Shown here piece by piece: positions 28,309-38,007 of a DNA stretch of 64,000 nt (positions within the stretch are counted from its first letter, which is position 1; each line of letters starts with the position of its first letter). The DNA comes from an uncultured Planctomycetota bacterium (GTDB lineage: Bacteria; Planctomycetota; Phycisphaerae; Tepidisphaerales; Tepidisphaeraceae): NCBI GenBank assembly GCA_963841915.1, contig CAWJEN010000005.1:672001-736000 (forward strand), in the 5' to 3' direction. The notes under the pieces are model-generated. The model was not told where the DNA came from. It saw only the letters and a list, made by a program, of their open reading frames with translations, and searched no databases. A program made the translations under genes and the position numbers.

Positions 28309-28967
28309 TGGGCGTGGTCGTGGCCGTAGGTCAGTTGGCCCGTGCTGCCGTGCGTGTCGAGGCCGGCCGCACCGAGGTGCGTCGCGACGGCTGTGATGGT
28401 CTGATCCATCTTGCCGAGGTACGTCGTCTCGAAGCTGCCGACCGGCAGCTCTTTGTCGAAAAGAAGGTCTTTGTCCAGGTTAGTCGCCGACGGGGCCAGC
28501 ACAAAATCGTACCCGTACGCGTCGGCAAACGCCTGCAGCTGGTTGTGCGTCGACTCGATCTTGCGGTTCTCGGCCGGCACGAGTTGCACAGCTCGCCTCG
28601 CGTAGCCGTCGAGACTCACGAGCTTCTCGACGTAGGCGTCGCGGTTCGACGAGATGCGGTCGGCGTGCTGCGGGAATGCCTCCATCAATTGCTCGGCAGC
28701 GGGTTCGACGGCATCTGCGGCAAAGCTGCCGATGTCGCTCCAGCCGTCAGGACTCAACTTGTCGACACGGACGTTCAAGTCGACGACATCGCCTGCCGGC
28801 GCGTGCTTGACGGGAATCCCGGTGCCGGCGACGAGGACGCTCACCGCTTCGGCGACCTCCGGAGACGCGTGCGTGACACTGACGCTCGTGGCCGCGGGCG
28901 TATCAGACTCGCCGCACCCGCATAGAAGCAAAGCAAGAAGCGTCAGCAACAAGGTGGCAAGCCGCAT
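28305..28967 (-). CDS. Short lipoprotein related to TroA/ZnuA metal-binding proteins
   Basis: Lipobox LLCGC; P.HA.RI..N..AY..KL..LD; R.I.STH..L..FA.AYG; C-terminal HDHAH. Confidence 0.6.
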   Translation of the reverse strand: MRLATLLLTLLALLLCGCGESDTPAATSVSVTHASPEVAEAVSVLVAGTGIPVKHAPAGDVVDLNVRVDKLSPDGWSDIGSFAADAVEPAAEQLMEAFPQHADRISSNRDAYVEKLVSLDGYARRAVQLVPAENRKIESTHNQLQAFADAYGYDFVLAPSATNLDKDLLFDKELPVGSFETTYLGKMDQTITAVATHLGAAGLDTHGSTGQLTYGHDHAH

Positions 28968-29002
28968 GGTTCATGGTACGGCCGTCTCGGCTACGGTGGC
29001 GC

Positions 29003-29890
29003 GTGAACGATGACCTGAAGATCGCCATCATCGGCGGTAGCGGCATGGCCGACCTGCTCGCCGACCGCGACGCGACCCTGTACGACATCGACACGCCTTT
29101 TGGTAAGCCGTCGGCACCGATCCTCGAGACGACCTTCGACGGCGTCCAGGTGCTGCTGCTCCGCAGGCACGGTATCGGGCACGTCCACAACCCAACAGCC
29201 GTGCCGTACCGGGCCAATGTCTTCGCACTCAAGCAGCTCGGCGCGACGCACGTGATCGCCAGTGGTGCCGTGGGCAGTCTGCGCAGCGAGATCGAGCCTC
29301 GGCACCTGGTGCTGCCCGACTCGATCATCGACAAGACGATCAAGCGACCCTCGACGTTTTACGAGCAGGCGGCGGTGCACGTGGAGCTGGCCGAGCCGTT
29401 CTGCCCGATCCTGCGGTCGCTGCTCAAAGACGCCGCCGCGAGGGAAAGCGACATCACGCTGCACCCGCGTGGCACCTATGTCTGCATGGAAGGGCCTGCG
29501 TTCAGCACGAAGGCCGAGAGCCACATGCACCGTTTGTGGGGCGGCAGCGTGATCGGCATGACACTCATGCCCGAGGCCAAGCTCGCCCGCGAGGCGGAGC
29601 TGCCTTACGCGACGGTGTGCCTGGCAACCGACTACGACTGCTGGCACGATCGGCCGCAGGATACGGACGAGACGAGCCTCGCCAGTGAGATCATGGGCCA
29701 CCTCAAAGCGGCGTCGGCCAACGCGATGACCGTGCTTCGGGGAGCGATTCAACTGGCGGCGACGCGTGATGGCGAGCTGATGTCCTGCCCGGCCCGCAAC
29801 GCGCTCAAGCAGGCGATCTGGAGCGACAAGTCGCTGGTGGACCCGAGCGAAGTCGAACGACTCGAGCCGCTGTGGGGGCGGTACTTCTAG
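29003..29890 (+). CDS. mtnP: S-methyl-5'-thioadenosine phosphorylase
   Basis: IIGGSG, TPFGKPS, RHG, YRAN, EGPAFSTKAES, GMT..PEAKLAREA, TDYDCW. Confidence 0.93.
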   Translation: MNDDLKIAIIGGSGMADLLADRDATLYDIDTPFGKPSAPILETTFDGVQVLLLRRHGIGHVHNPTAVPYRANVFALKQLGATHVIASGAVGSLRSEIEPRHLVLPDSIIDKTIKRPSTFYEQAAVHVELAEPFCPILRSLLKDAAARESDITLHPRGTYVCMEGPAFSTKAESHMHRLWGGSVIGMTLMPEAKLAREAELPYATVCLATDYDCWHDRPQDTDETSLASEIMGHLKAASANAMTVLRGAIQLAATRDGELMSCPARNALKQAIWSDKSLVDPSEVERLEPLWGRYF

Positions 29891-29899
29891 TGATCGAGG

Positions 29900-30640
29900 T
29901 CAAAAGTCTCTGAGCCGCGCTTCCTCTGGTGGCAACATCTCAGGCCGTCCGATGTGAAGGCTGTCGTCCTTTCGCAGTGTGAGCGGCAGGATCAGCTTCT
30001 GTATTGCAGGTCGTGTCGCAGCCGATGACGACGTCGCCACTTCTTCGAGCGTCGCCACCAGATACGCGACTGATGGCGTCGTTTCGTCCAACTCGGCATT
30101 GAGGAAATCGAGCTTGACGGTCCCACTGACAGGTAGCTCTGCCATCGTGGTGACTCCCGAACGTGTCACCGCTGGGCTCGAGGCAAGTCCGCCGGGTTCG
30201 ATGACCGTCCAGATGAATCGAAGGCCTGCTCCTCTTGATGGCAGTCCGCTTACAAGGACGATTCGCTGATCACCCGTCACGCCCGCCCGCATCGGCCCGG
30301 CATATACGAGCTGCCCCTGACCGGCTGTGACGCCGGCCGCGGCCTGCACTCTCGTGATGTCGAGGGATGAGACTCCGCCGTACATGTAGTCGCCGACTAT
30401 GTCGTCCTGCAGATCGACCTCAAGGTGCCATTGAAGCCCCTGTGCGTTCATCAGAAGCGGCCCTTGAAGCAGCGTCCGCTCGGCGTTGATGAGCTCTATC
30501 CGGCGTTCAACCCGCGGCCAGACGATGATGGACGACGCTGCGGCAGTCACCACGAGAGCGGCGACGGCCAACTTCCCCCAGTGCCGTCGCCACGACGGGA
30601 CTGGCGGTGCATATGCGAGGGTTGTCGGCTCATATTCCAC
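29900..30640 (-). CDS. Hypothetical single-pass membrane protein
   Basis: GTG start 7 nt after TATGCT; PTTLAY then WRRHW and one TM helix. Confidence 0.6.
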   Translation of the reverse strand: MEYEPTTLAYAPPVPSWRRHWGKLAVAALVVTAAASSIIVWPRVERRIELINAERTLLQGPLLMNAQGLQWHLEVDLQDDIVGDYMYGGVSSLDITRVQAAAGVTAGQGQLVYAGPMRAGVTGDQRIVLVSGLPSRGAGLRFIWTVIEPGGLASSPAVTRSGVTTMAELPVSGTVKLDFLNAELDETTPSVAYLVATLEEVATSSSAATRPAIQKLILPLTLRKDDSLHIGRPEMLPPEEARLRDF

Positions 30641-30676
30641 CGCAAGAAGCATAACGCCGCTACGTTGTCGGTGCCG

Positions 30677-31165
30677 ATGCGACTGTTGCCGCATGTCCTT
30701 CTTGCTTACCTCGCCCTGGGCCTGCAGCTCGGGCTCGACGGTCTGCTCACGCTCCGAACGGCCGGTGGTGGGTATGGCAAGTTCGACCTGGTCTACACCG
30801 CCGCGGCTGGCATTTCGGCGATGCTGCCCAAGCAGACGGCCCCGACGGCGGCCCTGGTGATCGGCCTGCTGCACGACCTGGCCACGAGCGGGCCCATCGG
30901 GCCGCGGGCGGTCGGATACGGGTTGGCCGGGCTGCTCATCTCACGGGCGTCGCCGCGCGTGTTCGTGGGGTTCGTGGGTGTCGCTGCGGCCGGTGCTGTT
31001 GTGGCCAGCTTTGCCGCCTGGCTCGTGCTGAGCATTGCCGGTGGCACGCAAACGCTCGGCGGCGCGAGCCTGACCGGCTTCATGACCGCTATCACGACGC
31101 TGGCGCTGGCGTGGCCGTTGTGGAAGCTGCGGGGACGGCTCGTGTTGTCGGAGCGGAGAATGTGA
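30677..31165 (+). CDS. mreD: Rod shape-determining protein MreD-like
   Basis: About 5 TM helices, IGLLHDL....PIG motif; directly upstream of PBP2. Confidence 0.65.
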   Translation: MRLLPHVLLAYLALGLQLGLDGLLTLRTAGGGYGKFDLVYTAAAGISAMLPKQTAPTAALVIGLLHDLATSGPIGPRAVGYGLAGLLISRASPRVFVGFVGVAAAGAVVASFAAWLVLSIAGGTQTLGGASLTGFMTAITTLALAWPLWKLRGRLVLSERRM

Positions 31166-31282
31166 GGCATTCAGATTGGCTTGACCTGCCGATCGCTTCC
31201 CGTTTCGGACGAAGCCACTGAAGTGGCTCGGCCCACGACGATGTCGAAGAAACTTTGTTACGCTTCGCTGCGTACCACGCAG

Positions 31283-31321
31283 CGGACGACGGATCGTCCG
31301 GCACCCCTGCCACGGAAGGCA
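31283..31321 (+). promoter_or_regulatory. Two GGA-loop hairpins (CsrA/RsmA-like sites) in the PBP2 leader
   Basis: CGGACG-ACGGAT-CGTCCG and TGCC-ACGGAA-GGCA; the second covers the SD region. Confidence 0.5.
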
Positions 31322-31327
31322 ATCCTC

Positions 31328-33715
31328 ATGTTCGAGCGTCGTTCCCGGGTCGTGCTGGCCCTGCTCATTCTCGCGAGCTTCGCCCTGCTGGCCCGGTCGG
31401 CGCAGATTCAGCTCGTCCAGGCTGATGACTGGCGCCAGGTAGCAGAGGAGGCGCTCGTCAAGTCGACGCTGACGGAGGCCGCCCGTGGTCGGTTGCTGGA
31501 TCGCAAAGGTCGTGTGCTGGCCGAAGACGTGCCTTGCAACGACGCAGCCGTCGCGTACTGGTTCGTGAGCGATCCGCCTGACGAGGGCTACCTCAAGCGG
31601 CTGGCCCGTGACCTGGCTCGGCAGAGCGACGGCTACTACACGGCCGACACGGCCGAGCAGGTTCGGCGGGTAGAGGCCAACGTGCCGATCGCCGAGGAGC
31701 GACTGACAGATTTCTGGCAGGAGGTCGCCAGAATTGGAGAGGTATCGTCCAACGAAATGGCCGCCCGTCGCCGGACGACGATGGCCCGCGTCGACGCCCG
31801 AAGGCGAGACGTTGTGCTACGTCGGTACCAGCGGTCGATCGACGAGCACGCCGAAGATGAACTGTCGCCGTGGTGGCGTCGCTGGTTGCTCGGCGAGGGC
31901 GACGCTCCGCCGGAGATGAGCGACTTTGAGGAGCCCATCGCAGACGAGACGCAGGCGCACGTGGTGCTTCGTGACCTGACGAACGACCAGTACAACGAGC
32001 TCGTGAAGCTCAAGAGCGACTTGCCGGCAACGCTGGGCGAGGCGTTGAAGCTGCGGGCCAGTCGTACCAGGCAGTACCCGGAGGCGAATGCGGTCGCCCA
32101 CGTGCTCGGGCACGTCGGTGAAGTCAACCTGCAGCAGGTCGCCGACGACCCGCAGTTGGCCGAGGAGCTGCGTCGCTATCTGCCGGGCGACCTTGCCGGG
32201 CAAGGCGGCATCGAAGCTTTGGCCGAGCGACGCCTGAGGGCCACCCGCGGCCGCATCGTCCGCGACCTTCAGCACGACGAGCGACGCATCACCGACCAGC
32301 CGCAACCCGGCCAGGACGTGACGAGCACGATTGACCTGGAGCTGTCGCAGGACATCCGCGAAGCGTTCGAACACGTCGATTTCCGCTGGGCAGAACGGTA
32401 TCGCGGCGAAGCGACTGCCTTGCGGATGGAGACGGGGCCGATGCTCGGATCGGCCGTTGTCATTGACGTCGCGACGGGTGGCGTGCTGTCGATGGTGAGC
32501 GTGCCCGACTACGACCCCAACGAGTACGCCAGGATTGCCGAAGACCTCTACGCCGACGAGATGCGGCGGCCGGGGATCAATCGGGCGACAACCTTCGCCG
32601 CCGTCCCGGGCAGTACGGTCAAGCCGCTCGTCGGCCTGGGGGCGATCACGGACGGGCTGATCCACGCCCACGACACGATCGAGTGCACGGGTTATCTCAT
32701 CGTCGAGGTGGGCGGCGTGATGACGAAGTACACGCAGACCGGCCGATGCTGGACCGCCAAGATGTTCGGCGATCTGCCGGAGATGCAAGGGCACCAGAGC
32801 CCGTCGCGTGACCCACACCCGACGCCGGGGCTGAATCCGATTGATCCGGCGCGTGGGCAGATGACGTTCGCCGACGCGCTGCAGCGGTCGTGCAACGTCT
32901 ACTTCGAGACGCTCGGCCATCGCGGCGGAACAAAGGCGCTGTCACGCTGGCTCGGCACGTTCGGGCTTGGTGAATCGACGGGAATCGGCCTGCCCGAACG
33001 TGAAGGGCTCGTACCGGCCGACCGACCGGTGAAGGCGGTGCCGGGTGACGCGATGGCACCGGTGCGCAACAACTGGTTCGGCTCGATCGGCCAGGGCAGC
33101 GTCGAAGCGACGCCGCTTCAGATGGCAGACGTGGCGGCGACGCTGGCACGCGACGGCATCCGTCGCAGGCCCACCCTCGTGGCCGACGAGCTTAATGAGC
33201 CCGAAGACCTCGGCCTCGACAAAGAGGCCCTCGACCTCATGCACCGCGGCATGAAGGCGGTCATCAACTCGCAAGGTGGCAGCGGTCACTCGATCAACGA
33301 CCGACTGCCGCTGGAGATCGCAGGCAAAACCGGCTCGGCTCAGGCGGCGTTGCTCACCATCACCGACCGCGACGCCGACGGCCACGCCATCGTCAGCGAC
33401 GACGGCCGCGTGAAGTATCGCCGCCTCGATGACGTGTCCGCCCGCGACAACCCCAACCCGCTGGCGCCGTGGTATCGCCGGACGAACAGTGAGGACGACG
33501 AGCGGATCGAAGTGACGCACGCGTGGTTCATCGGCTACGCACCGGCCGACGAGCCGAAGGTCGCGTTTGCCGTCTTTGTCGAATACGGCGGCAGCGGTGG
33601 CATCGCCGCGGGCAGTGTTGCGGCGCAGGTTGTCGAGGCGCTCGTCAAGCACGACTACCTCGGCGCCACGCGGCAGCCGGATCCCGAGCACGAAGGCCAG
33701 TACCTCGTTCCGTAG
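31328..33715 (+). CDS. mrdA: Class B penicillin-binding protein (PBP2-like)
   Basis: N-terminal TM; RGRLLDRKG; GSTVK, SCN and KTG motifs; HAWFIGYAP. Confidence 0.85.
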   Translation: MFERRSRVVLALLILASFALLARSAQIQLVQADDWRQVAEEALVKSTLTEAARGRLLDRKGRVLAEDVPCNDAAVAYWFVSDPPDEGYLKRLARDLARQSDGYYTADTAEQVRRVEANVPIAEERLTDFWQEVARIGEVSSNEMAARRRTTMARVDARRRDVVLRRYQRSIDEHAEDELSPWWRRWLLGEGDAPPEMSDFEEPIADETQAHVVLRDLTNDQYNELVKLKSDLPATLGEALKLRASRTRQYPEANAVAHVLGHVGEVNLQQVADDPQLAEELRRYLPGDLAGQGGIEALAERRLRATRGRIVRDLQHDERRITDQPQPGQDVTSTIDLELSQDIREAFEHVDFRWAERYRGEATALRMETGPMLGSAVVIDVATGGVLSMVSVPDYDPNEYARIAEDLYADEMRRPGINRATTFAAVPGSTVKPLVGLGAITDGLIHAHDTIECTGYLIVEVGGVMTKYTQTGRCWTAKMFGDLPEMQGHQSPSRDPHPTPGLNPIDPARGQMTFADALQRSCNVYFETLGHRGGTKALSRWLGTFGLGESTGIGLPEREGLVPADRPVKAVPGDAMAPVRNNWFGSIGQGSVEATPLQMADVAATLARDGIRRRPTLVADELNEPEDLGLDKEALDLMHRGMKAVINSQGGSGHSINDRLPLEIAGKTGSAQAALLTITDRDADGHAIVSDDGRVKYRRLDDVSARDNPNPLAPWYRRTNSEDDERIEVTHAWFIGYAPADEPKVAFAVFVEYGGSGGIAAGSVAAQVVEALVKHDYLGATRQPDPEHEGQYLVP

Positions 33716-33723
33716 CGTCGACC

Positions 33724-34248
33724 ATGAGCCTCAAGCTGATCGAGCGAAAGATCGTGCACCGCGGCAGGCGGATCGACATCGAAGAACTCACCTTCGAAGA
33801 AGACGGCCGCCGGTTTGTTCGCGAAGTCGGGCGACACGTCGGGGCGGTCTGCGTCGTGGCGGTGAACAATCAGGACGACGTCGTGCTCATCCGCAACCGT
33901 CGCGAGGCGGCGGACGGTACGCTTTGGGAACTACCGGCCGGCACCCTCGAACCGCCCGAACCACCAGCCGACTGTGCCAAACGGGAGCTGATCGAAGAAG
34001 CCGGCTTTGAGGCGGCGACGGTCGAGCACCTGACGACGTTCTGGACGTCGCCGGGCCTGTGGGACGAGCAGATGCACGCCTACCTCGCGACCGGCCTGAC
34101 GCACGTCGGCACGTCGCTGGAGCTGGGCGAGGTGATCGAACCGCACGTTGTGCCGATCGACGAAGCCCTGGCCATGATCGAGCGCGGCGACATCGTCGAC
34201 GGCAAGTCGATCGCGGCGTTGCTCTACGTCGCGCAGTTCCGACGGTGA
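33724..34248 (+). CDS. NUDIX hydrolase (ADP-ribose pyrophosphatase-like)
   Basis: ELPAGTLE....CAKRELIEEAG Nudix box; SPG; DGKS. Confidence 0.88.
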   Translation: MSLKLIERKIVHRGRRIDIEELTFEEDGRRFVREVGRHVGAVCVVAVNNQDDVVLIRNRREAADGTLWELPAGTLEPPEPPADCAKRELIEEAGFEAATVEHLTTFWTSPGLWDEQMHAYLATGLTHVGTSLELGEVIEPHVVPIDEALAMIERGDIVDGKSIAALLYVAQFRR

Positions 34249-34251
34249 CGC

Positions 34252-35538
34252 TCAGTCGTCCATCAGCAGTTCTTCGCCTGGGATGGTGCGGAAGACTTCT
34301 TCGGTGCTCGTCTCGCCGCGGGCGACCTTGAGGAGGGCAGCCTTTCGGAACTCGAGCATGCCGTCCTTGATCGCCTGTTCGCGAACGGCCGAGGCCGGAG
34401 CGCTGCTGGCGATGAGGGCGCGGATCGCACGGCTGATCTCCATGACTTCGAAGACGCCGGTCTGGCCGACGTAGCCGCTCATGTGGTTGCTTTCGGCCGG
34501 AACCGGTGCGTAGAGCTTCGTGCCTTCGCCGGGCTTGAGCATGTCGCTGATCTCTTCAAAGGCCTCGGTACCGAGGTCCATCTCGCGACGGGTGGCCGGA
34601 TCGAGCGTGCGGACGAGCCTTTGGGCCACAACGCCGCGCAGGCTGTTGGCCAGGAAGTGGTCGGGGATGCCCAGTGCCCGCATCGACTGGACCGCACTGG
34701 CAGTGCCTGGCGCGTGAAGCGTGGCGAGCACGAGGATGCCGCTGTTGGCAGCGCGTGCCGCGGTGAGGGCCGTTTCGGGGTCGCGGATTTCGCCGACCAT
34801 GATGACGTCCGGGTTCTGCCGAAGCACCGCCCGCAGCAGGTCGGCAAAGCCGAGCTTAATGTCTGCGTTCGTCTGACTCTGCCGCAGGCCTTCGACGGCG
34901 TATTCGACGGGATCCTCGATCGTGTTGATCTTGCGGGTGCCGTCGTTGAGGGCCATCAGTGTCGCGTAGAGCGTGGCCGTCTTACCGCTGCCGGTGGGCC
35001 CGGTGATCAGGATGAGCCCGCCCGGGTTGGCGACCATTTGGCGGTACTTGGCCAGCTGTTTGTCGAACATGCCCAGCTTGCTCGTGTCGGCCAGCGTGGC
35101 AGAGCGGACGAGCAGGCGGAAGGCGGCATCCTCGCCGTAGAGCGTCGGGATGACGCTGACCCGCAGGTCGACGCTGTTGTTGAGCTCTGCGGCGCTGTCT
35201 TCGGTGCCGTCGGCGTCGAGAGCTTCGGGCGTCCAGATCCAGCGACCTTCGTCGGGGTGACGCAGGTCACCCATGCCCATGCCGCTGTTGTTGCGGACGT
35301 AGGCGACGGCCCGCTTGCCCTGCTCGCGGGTGAGGGTCGAAATCTGCCGAATCATGCCCAGGTGACGGACCTCAGCGACGATGTGGTGCTCGTCTGCGTT
35401 GAGGAACAGGTCACTGGCACCCATGGCCACCGCCCGGGCGACGAGGCGATCGACGGCCTCCTCGGCCGTCACGCCGGTGACGTCGGTCTGGTGGATCTCG
35501 GAGGCGGTACCGGGGACGGCAGGGTTGGAGTCGGACAT
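34252..35538 (-). CDS. GspE/PilB-family secretion/pilus ATPase
   Basis: GPTGSGKT, TIEDPVEY, LRQNPDVIMVGEIRD, LATLH, AQRLVR. Confidence 0.9.
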   Translation of the reverse strand: MSDSNPAVPGTASEIHQTDVTGVTAEEAVDRLVARAVAMGASDLFLNADEHHIVAEVRHLGMIRQISTLTREQGKRAVAYVRNNSGMGMGDLRHPDEGRWIWTPEALDADGTEDSAAELNNSVDLRVSVIPTLYGEDAAFRLLVRSATLADTSKLGMFDKQLAKYRQMVANPGGLILITGPTGSGKTATLYATLMALNDGTRKINTIEDPVEYAVEGLRQSQTNADIKLGFADLLRAVLRQNPDVIMVGEIRDPETALTAARAANSGILVLATLHAPGTASAVQSMRALGIPDHFLANSLRGVVAQRLVRTLDPATRREMDLGTEAFEEISDMLKPGEGTKLYAPVPAESNHMSGYVGQTGVFEVMEISRAIRALIASSAPASAVREQAIKDGMLEFRKAALLKVARGETSTEEVFRTIPGEELLMDD

Positions 35539-35633
35539 GCGGTGTGGCGGTTGAAGGTGCGCCCCACCCGGTGATTGGCGGGCCGACCCGCGGGTGCCGC
35601 GGGCCGATCAAGGGGCTTGGCGGCGGTGGTGTC

Positions 35634-36002
35634 TCAGGCGGCCGAGGCGTCGCCGGCGGCGACCTGCTTGGCGGCGGATTCGTCTTGAACGATCGGCACA
35701 ACGCGGCCGACTTTGAGCAAGTCCAGCACCTGCCGAACGGCCGGCTGGACGTTGTAGACGACAAACGCGCCGCTGGCGTCCTTGATCTGCTTACTCGTGC
35801 CGATAAGCCAGCCGACGGCGCTGGAGTCGATGTACTGCGTTTCGCCCATGTCGAGCATCACCCGCGACTGCATCCAGTTCTGACCGATCGTGCCCTGCAG
35901 CGGGTTGTTCCCGGCGGGATCAATGTCGGCGGCGGTGATGTTTCCGGCGGTGGCGACCTTGACCAGGCCGTCCTTTTCAATGGAGACGAGTTGCAGCTTC
36001 AT
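35634..36002 (-). CDS. STAS-domain anti-sigma-factor antagonist
   Basis: MLDMGETQYIDSSAVGWL with phosphorylatable Ser. Confidence 0.85.
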   Translation of the reverse strand: MKLQLVSIEKDGLVKVATAGNITAADIDPAGNNPLQGTIGQNWMQSRVMLDMGETQYIDSSAVGWLIGTSKQIKDASGAFVVYNVQPAVRQVLDLLKVGRVVPIVQDESAAKQVAAGDASAA

Positions 36003-36106
36003 AGGGCGTACGCGGCTTGGGCAATAGGGGCGCGGGGAAGACAGACGGTAGCACGACCCGCACCAATGTGAAAATGCCGTCCTTGCGGCAACGTTTCCAC
36101 GCAGCG

Positions 36107-37849
36107 TCACGCTGCGTCACGCAGCTCCGACCGACGCGGCTTCGTCGGCTGCTCCATGTCCAGCGTCACGGGTGTGTCGAGCGCTTCGTCGCCCTCTTGG
36201 CCGAGCAGACGGATCACCAGACCTTCGATCTCCCGGGCGGTGGCGGCGAAGCTGAACTGCTTCTCGACCCGCTTGCGCATCTTGCCGCCCAGCTCCCGAC
36301 GGCTCGCCCCTTCGCGGACAAGCTTGGCCGTCTGCTCCAGCCATGCGGCCGGATCTTCGCAAAGCCCCTCGCTGCCGGTGAGGTCGCCTGCCCCGCCGTC
36401 ACCCGTGGCCACGACCGGCAGACCCGCACCCATGGCCGTCAGCACCTCAGGCGCCGCCGACGCGTCGGCCTCGAACGGCACGAGATACACGTCGGCCATG
36501 GCCAGGAAACCGGCCAGATCGCGACGCGGCCCGGCATATCCGACCCGCTTGCCGACACCCGCCGACTCGAACGCTTTGCGAAGCTGCGACGTGTCCCCGC
36601 CACCAATGACGAGGTAGACTGCCTGCGGTTGCTTGCGGAGCAGCTCGATGACCGAGCGACGCATCGCCGGTGAAATGGCGGCATCGACGTCATTGGCGGC
36701 CGTGCAGCAAATGACTGCCGACTCGGGCAGGCCATAGCTCGACCGTGCAGGCGTCTCGCCGACGGTTTGTTTCAGATCAACACCCTCCAGCAACGTCACC
36801 GTGGGCACGTCGCGGTCGGACCAGTAGCTGGCGTCGTTGTCGGCGGCGGTGGCGTCGAGGTAGCAGACGGCATCGACGCCGCTGCCGTAGTGCGCGGTGC
36901 GGCGCGTGACCCACAGCACACGCTGTGCGACACGCCACGAAACCACAAGCGCCGCCACCGGGTCGACGGCCTCTGCGTCAACGATGAGCACGTCCGTCTG
37001 ATCTTCGACGATGCGGTCGGCGAGCGCGCGGGCGGCGGTGATGATGTCACCGTCGGTCGGTGCGATCCACGTGCTCACGCCGCTGTCGCGGAGCCGGGTC
37101 AGGGTGCTGGTGCCGCGTCGCTGCGAAGGGACGGCCCCGCGGCCGTTGTTGATCCAGGCGTGAGCCGATTGAGCGGTTCCGCTGTCGGTGGCCTGACGGG
37201 TGAGCGAGGCGGGCCAGCCGGCCCATTGCTGCTTGTCGTGCCGGACGTAGGCCTCGGTGGCGTAGGCGGCGAGCTTGAACTTCTTGCTGTCGACGTGTGC
37301 GGCAAAGGAGGCGGCTGCGCGGGCGGCAGGCTCGTCGTCGCCCAGGGCGCTCGTCAAATAACCCACGTGCGGCCGATCGTTGGCCCACTCGCCACCACCG
37401 GCCCACGACTCGTTGGCCGCGGCTTCGGCGATGAGGTCGGCCAGGTCGCTTAGATTGTTCCGCTGCTGCGACCACTGTCCGCCGCGACCCAGGTCCTGGG
37501 CGGCAGCACTCGTCGCCGCCTCGACGCCGAGACCGATCTCACCGCGGCGGATCGCGCTACGCCCGAACGCAACGGTCGGCCCGGTGGCGTCGTCTTCGCG
37601 GCCGACGAACGCGCTGAGCCCGACAAACTGCTCGAGGACCTTGCGGTCGGCAAAGTCGATGCTCTCCAGCGCGTCCCTGAGGTGGGCATGGCACTGCCGC
37701 AGCCCAAGGGTCGCGCCGGCGTGGTGGGCCAGAAAGCGTTCTGCGCTGTTGTTCGACTGCTGATAGACGTCGAGCCGCTCTGCCGCGACATCCCCGCCAC
37801 GGTTGACTTGCTCAACGAGTTCGATCAGCGACGACAGGGGCGTGTTCAT
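36107..37849 (-). CDS. GT-B glycosyltransferase resembling the GT41 (OGT/SPINDLY) catalytic region
   Basis: RPHVGYLTS, ADRIVEDQTDVLIVD, RSSYGLPESAV, ADVYLVPF, AMGAGLPVV. Confidence 0.65.
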   Translation of the reverse strand: MNTPLSSLIELVEQVNRGGDVAAERLDVYQQSNNSAERFLAHHAGATLGLRQCHAHLRDALESIDFADRKVLEQFVGLSAFVGREDDATGPTVAFGRSAIRRGEIGLGVEAATSAAAQDLGRGGQWSQQRNNLSDLADLIAEAAANESWAGGGEWANDRPHVGYLTSALGDDEPAARAAASFAAHVDSKKFKLAAYATEAYVRHDKQQWAGWPASLTRQATDSGTAQSAHAWINNGRGAVPSQRRGTSTLTRLRDSGVSTWIAPTDGDIITAARALADRIVEDQTDVLIVDAEAVDPVAALVVSWRVAQRVLWVTRRTAHYGSGVDAVCYLDATAADNDASYWSDRDVPTVTLLEGVDLKQTVGETPARSSYGLPESAVICCTAANDVDAAISPAMRRSVIELLRKQPQAVYLVIGGGDTSQLRKAFESAGVGKRVGYAGPRRDLAGFLAMADVYLVPFEADASAAPEVLTAMGAGLPVVATGDGGAGDLTGSEGLCEDPAAWLEQTAKLVREGASRRELGGKMRKRVEKQFSFAATAREIEGLVIRLLGQEGDEALDTPVTLDMEQPTKPRRSELRDAA

Positions 37850-38007
37850 GGTCAAGCGGTGCAAAGGCGACCCGCAGAAGCACGGGCCACCCATCACATC
37901 GGCATCGAGTGCCCGTCGCGTTGAACTACGCGGCCTTGCAGGGGTTGCGCCCGTAAAAACCCATTGATTCGGACCTCGATGTGGTCACCTGACTCAGCCC
38001 AACCTTC

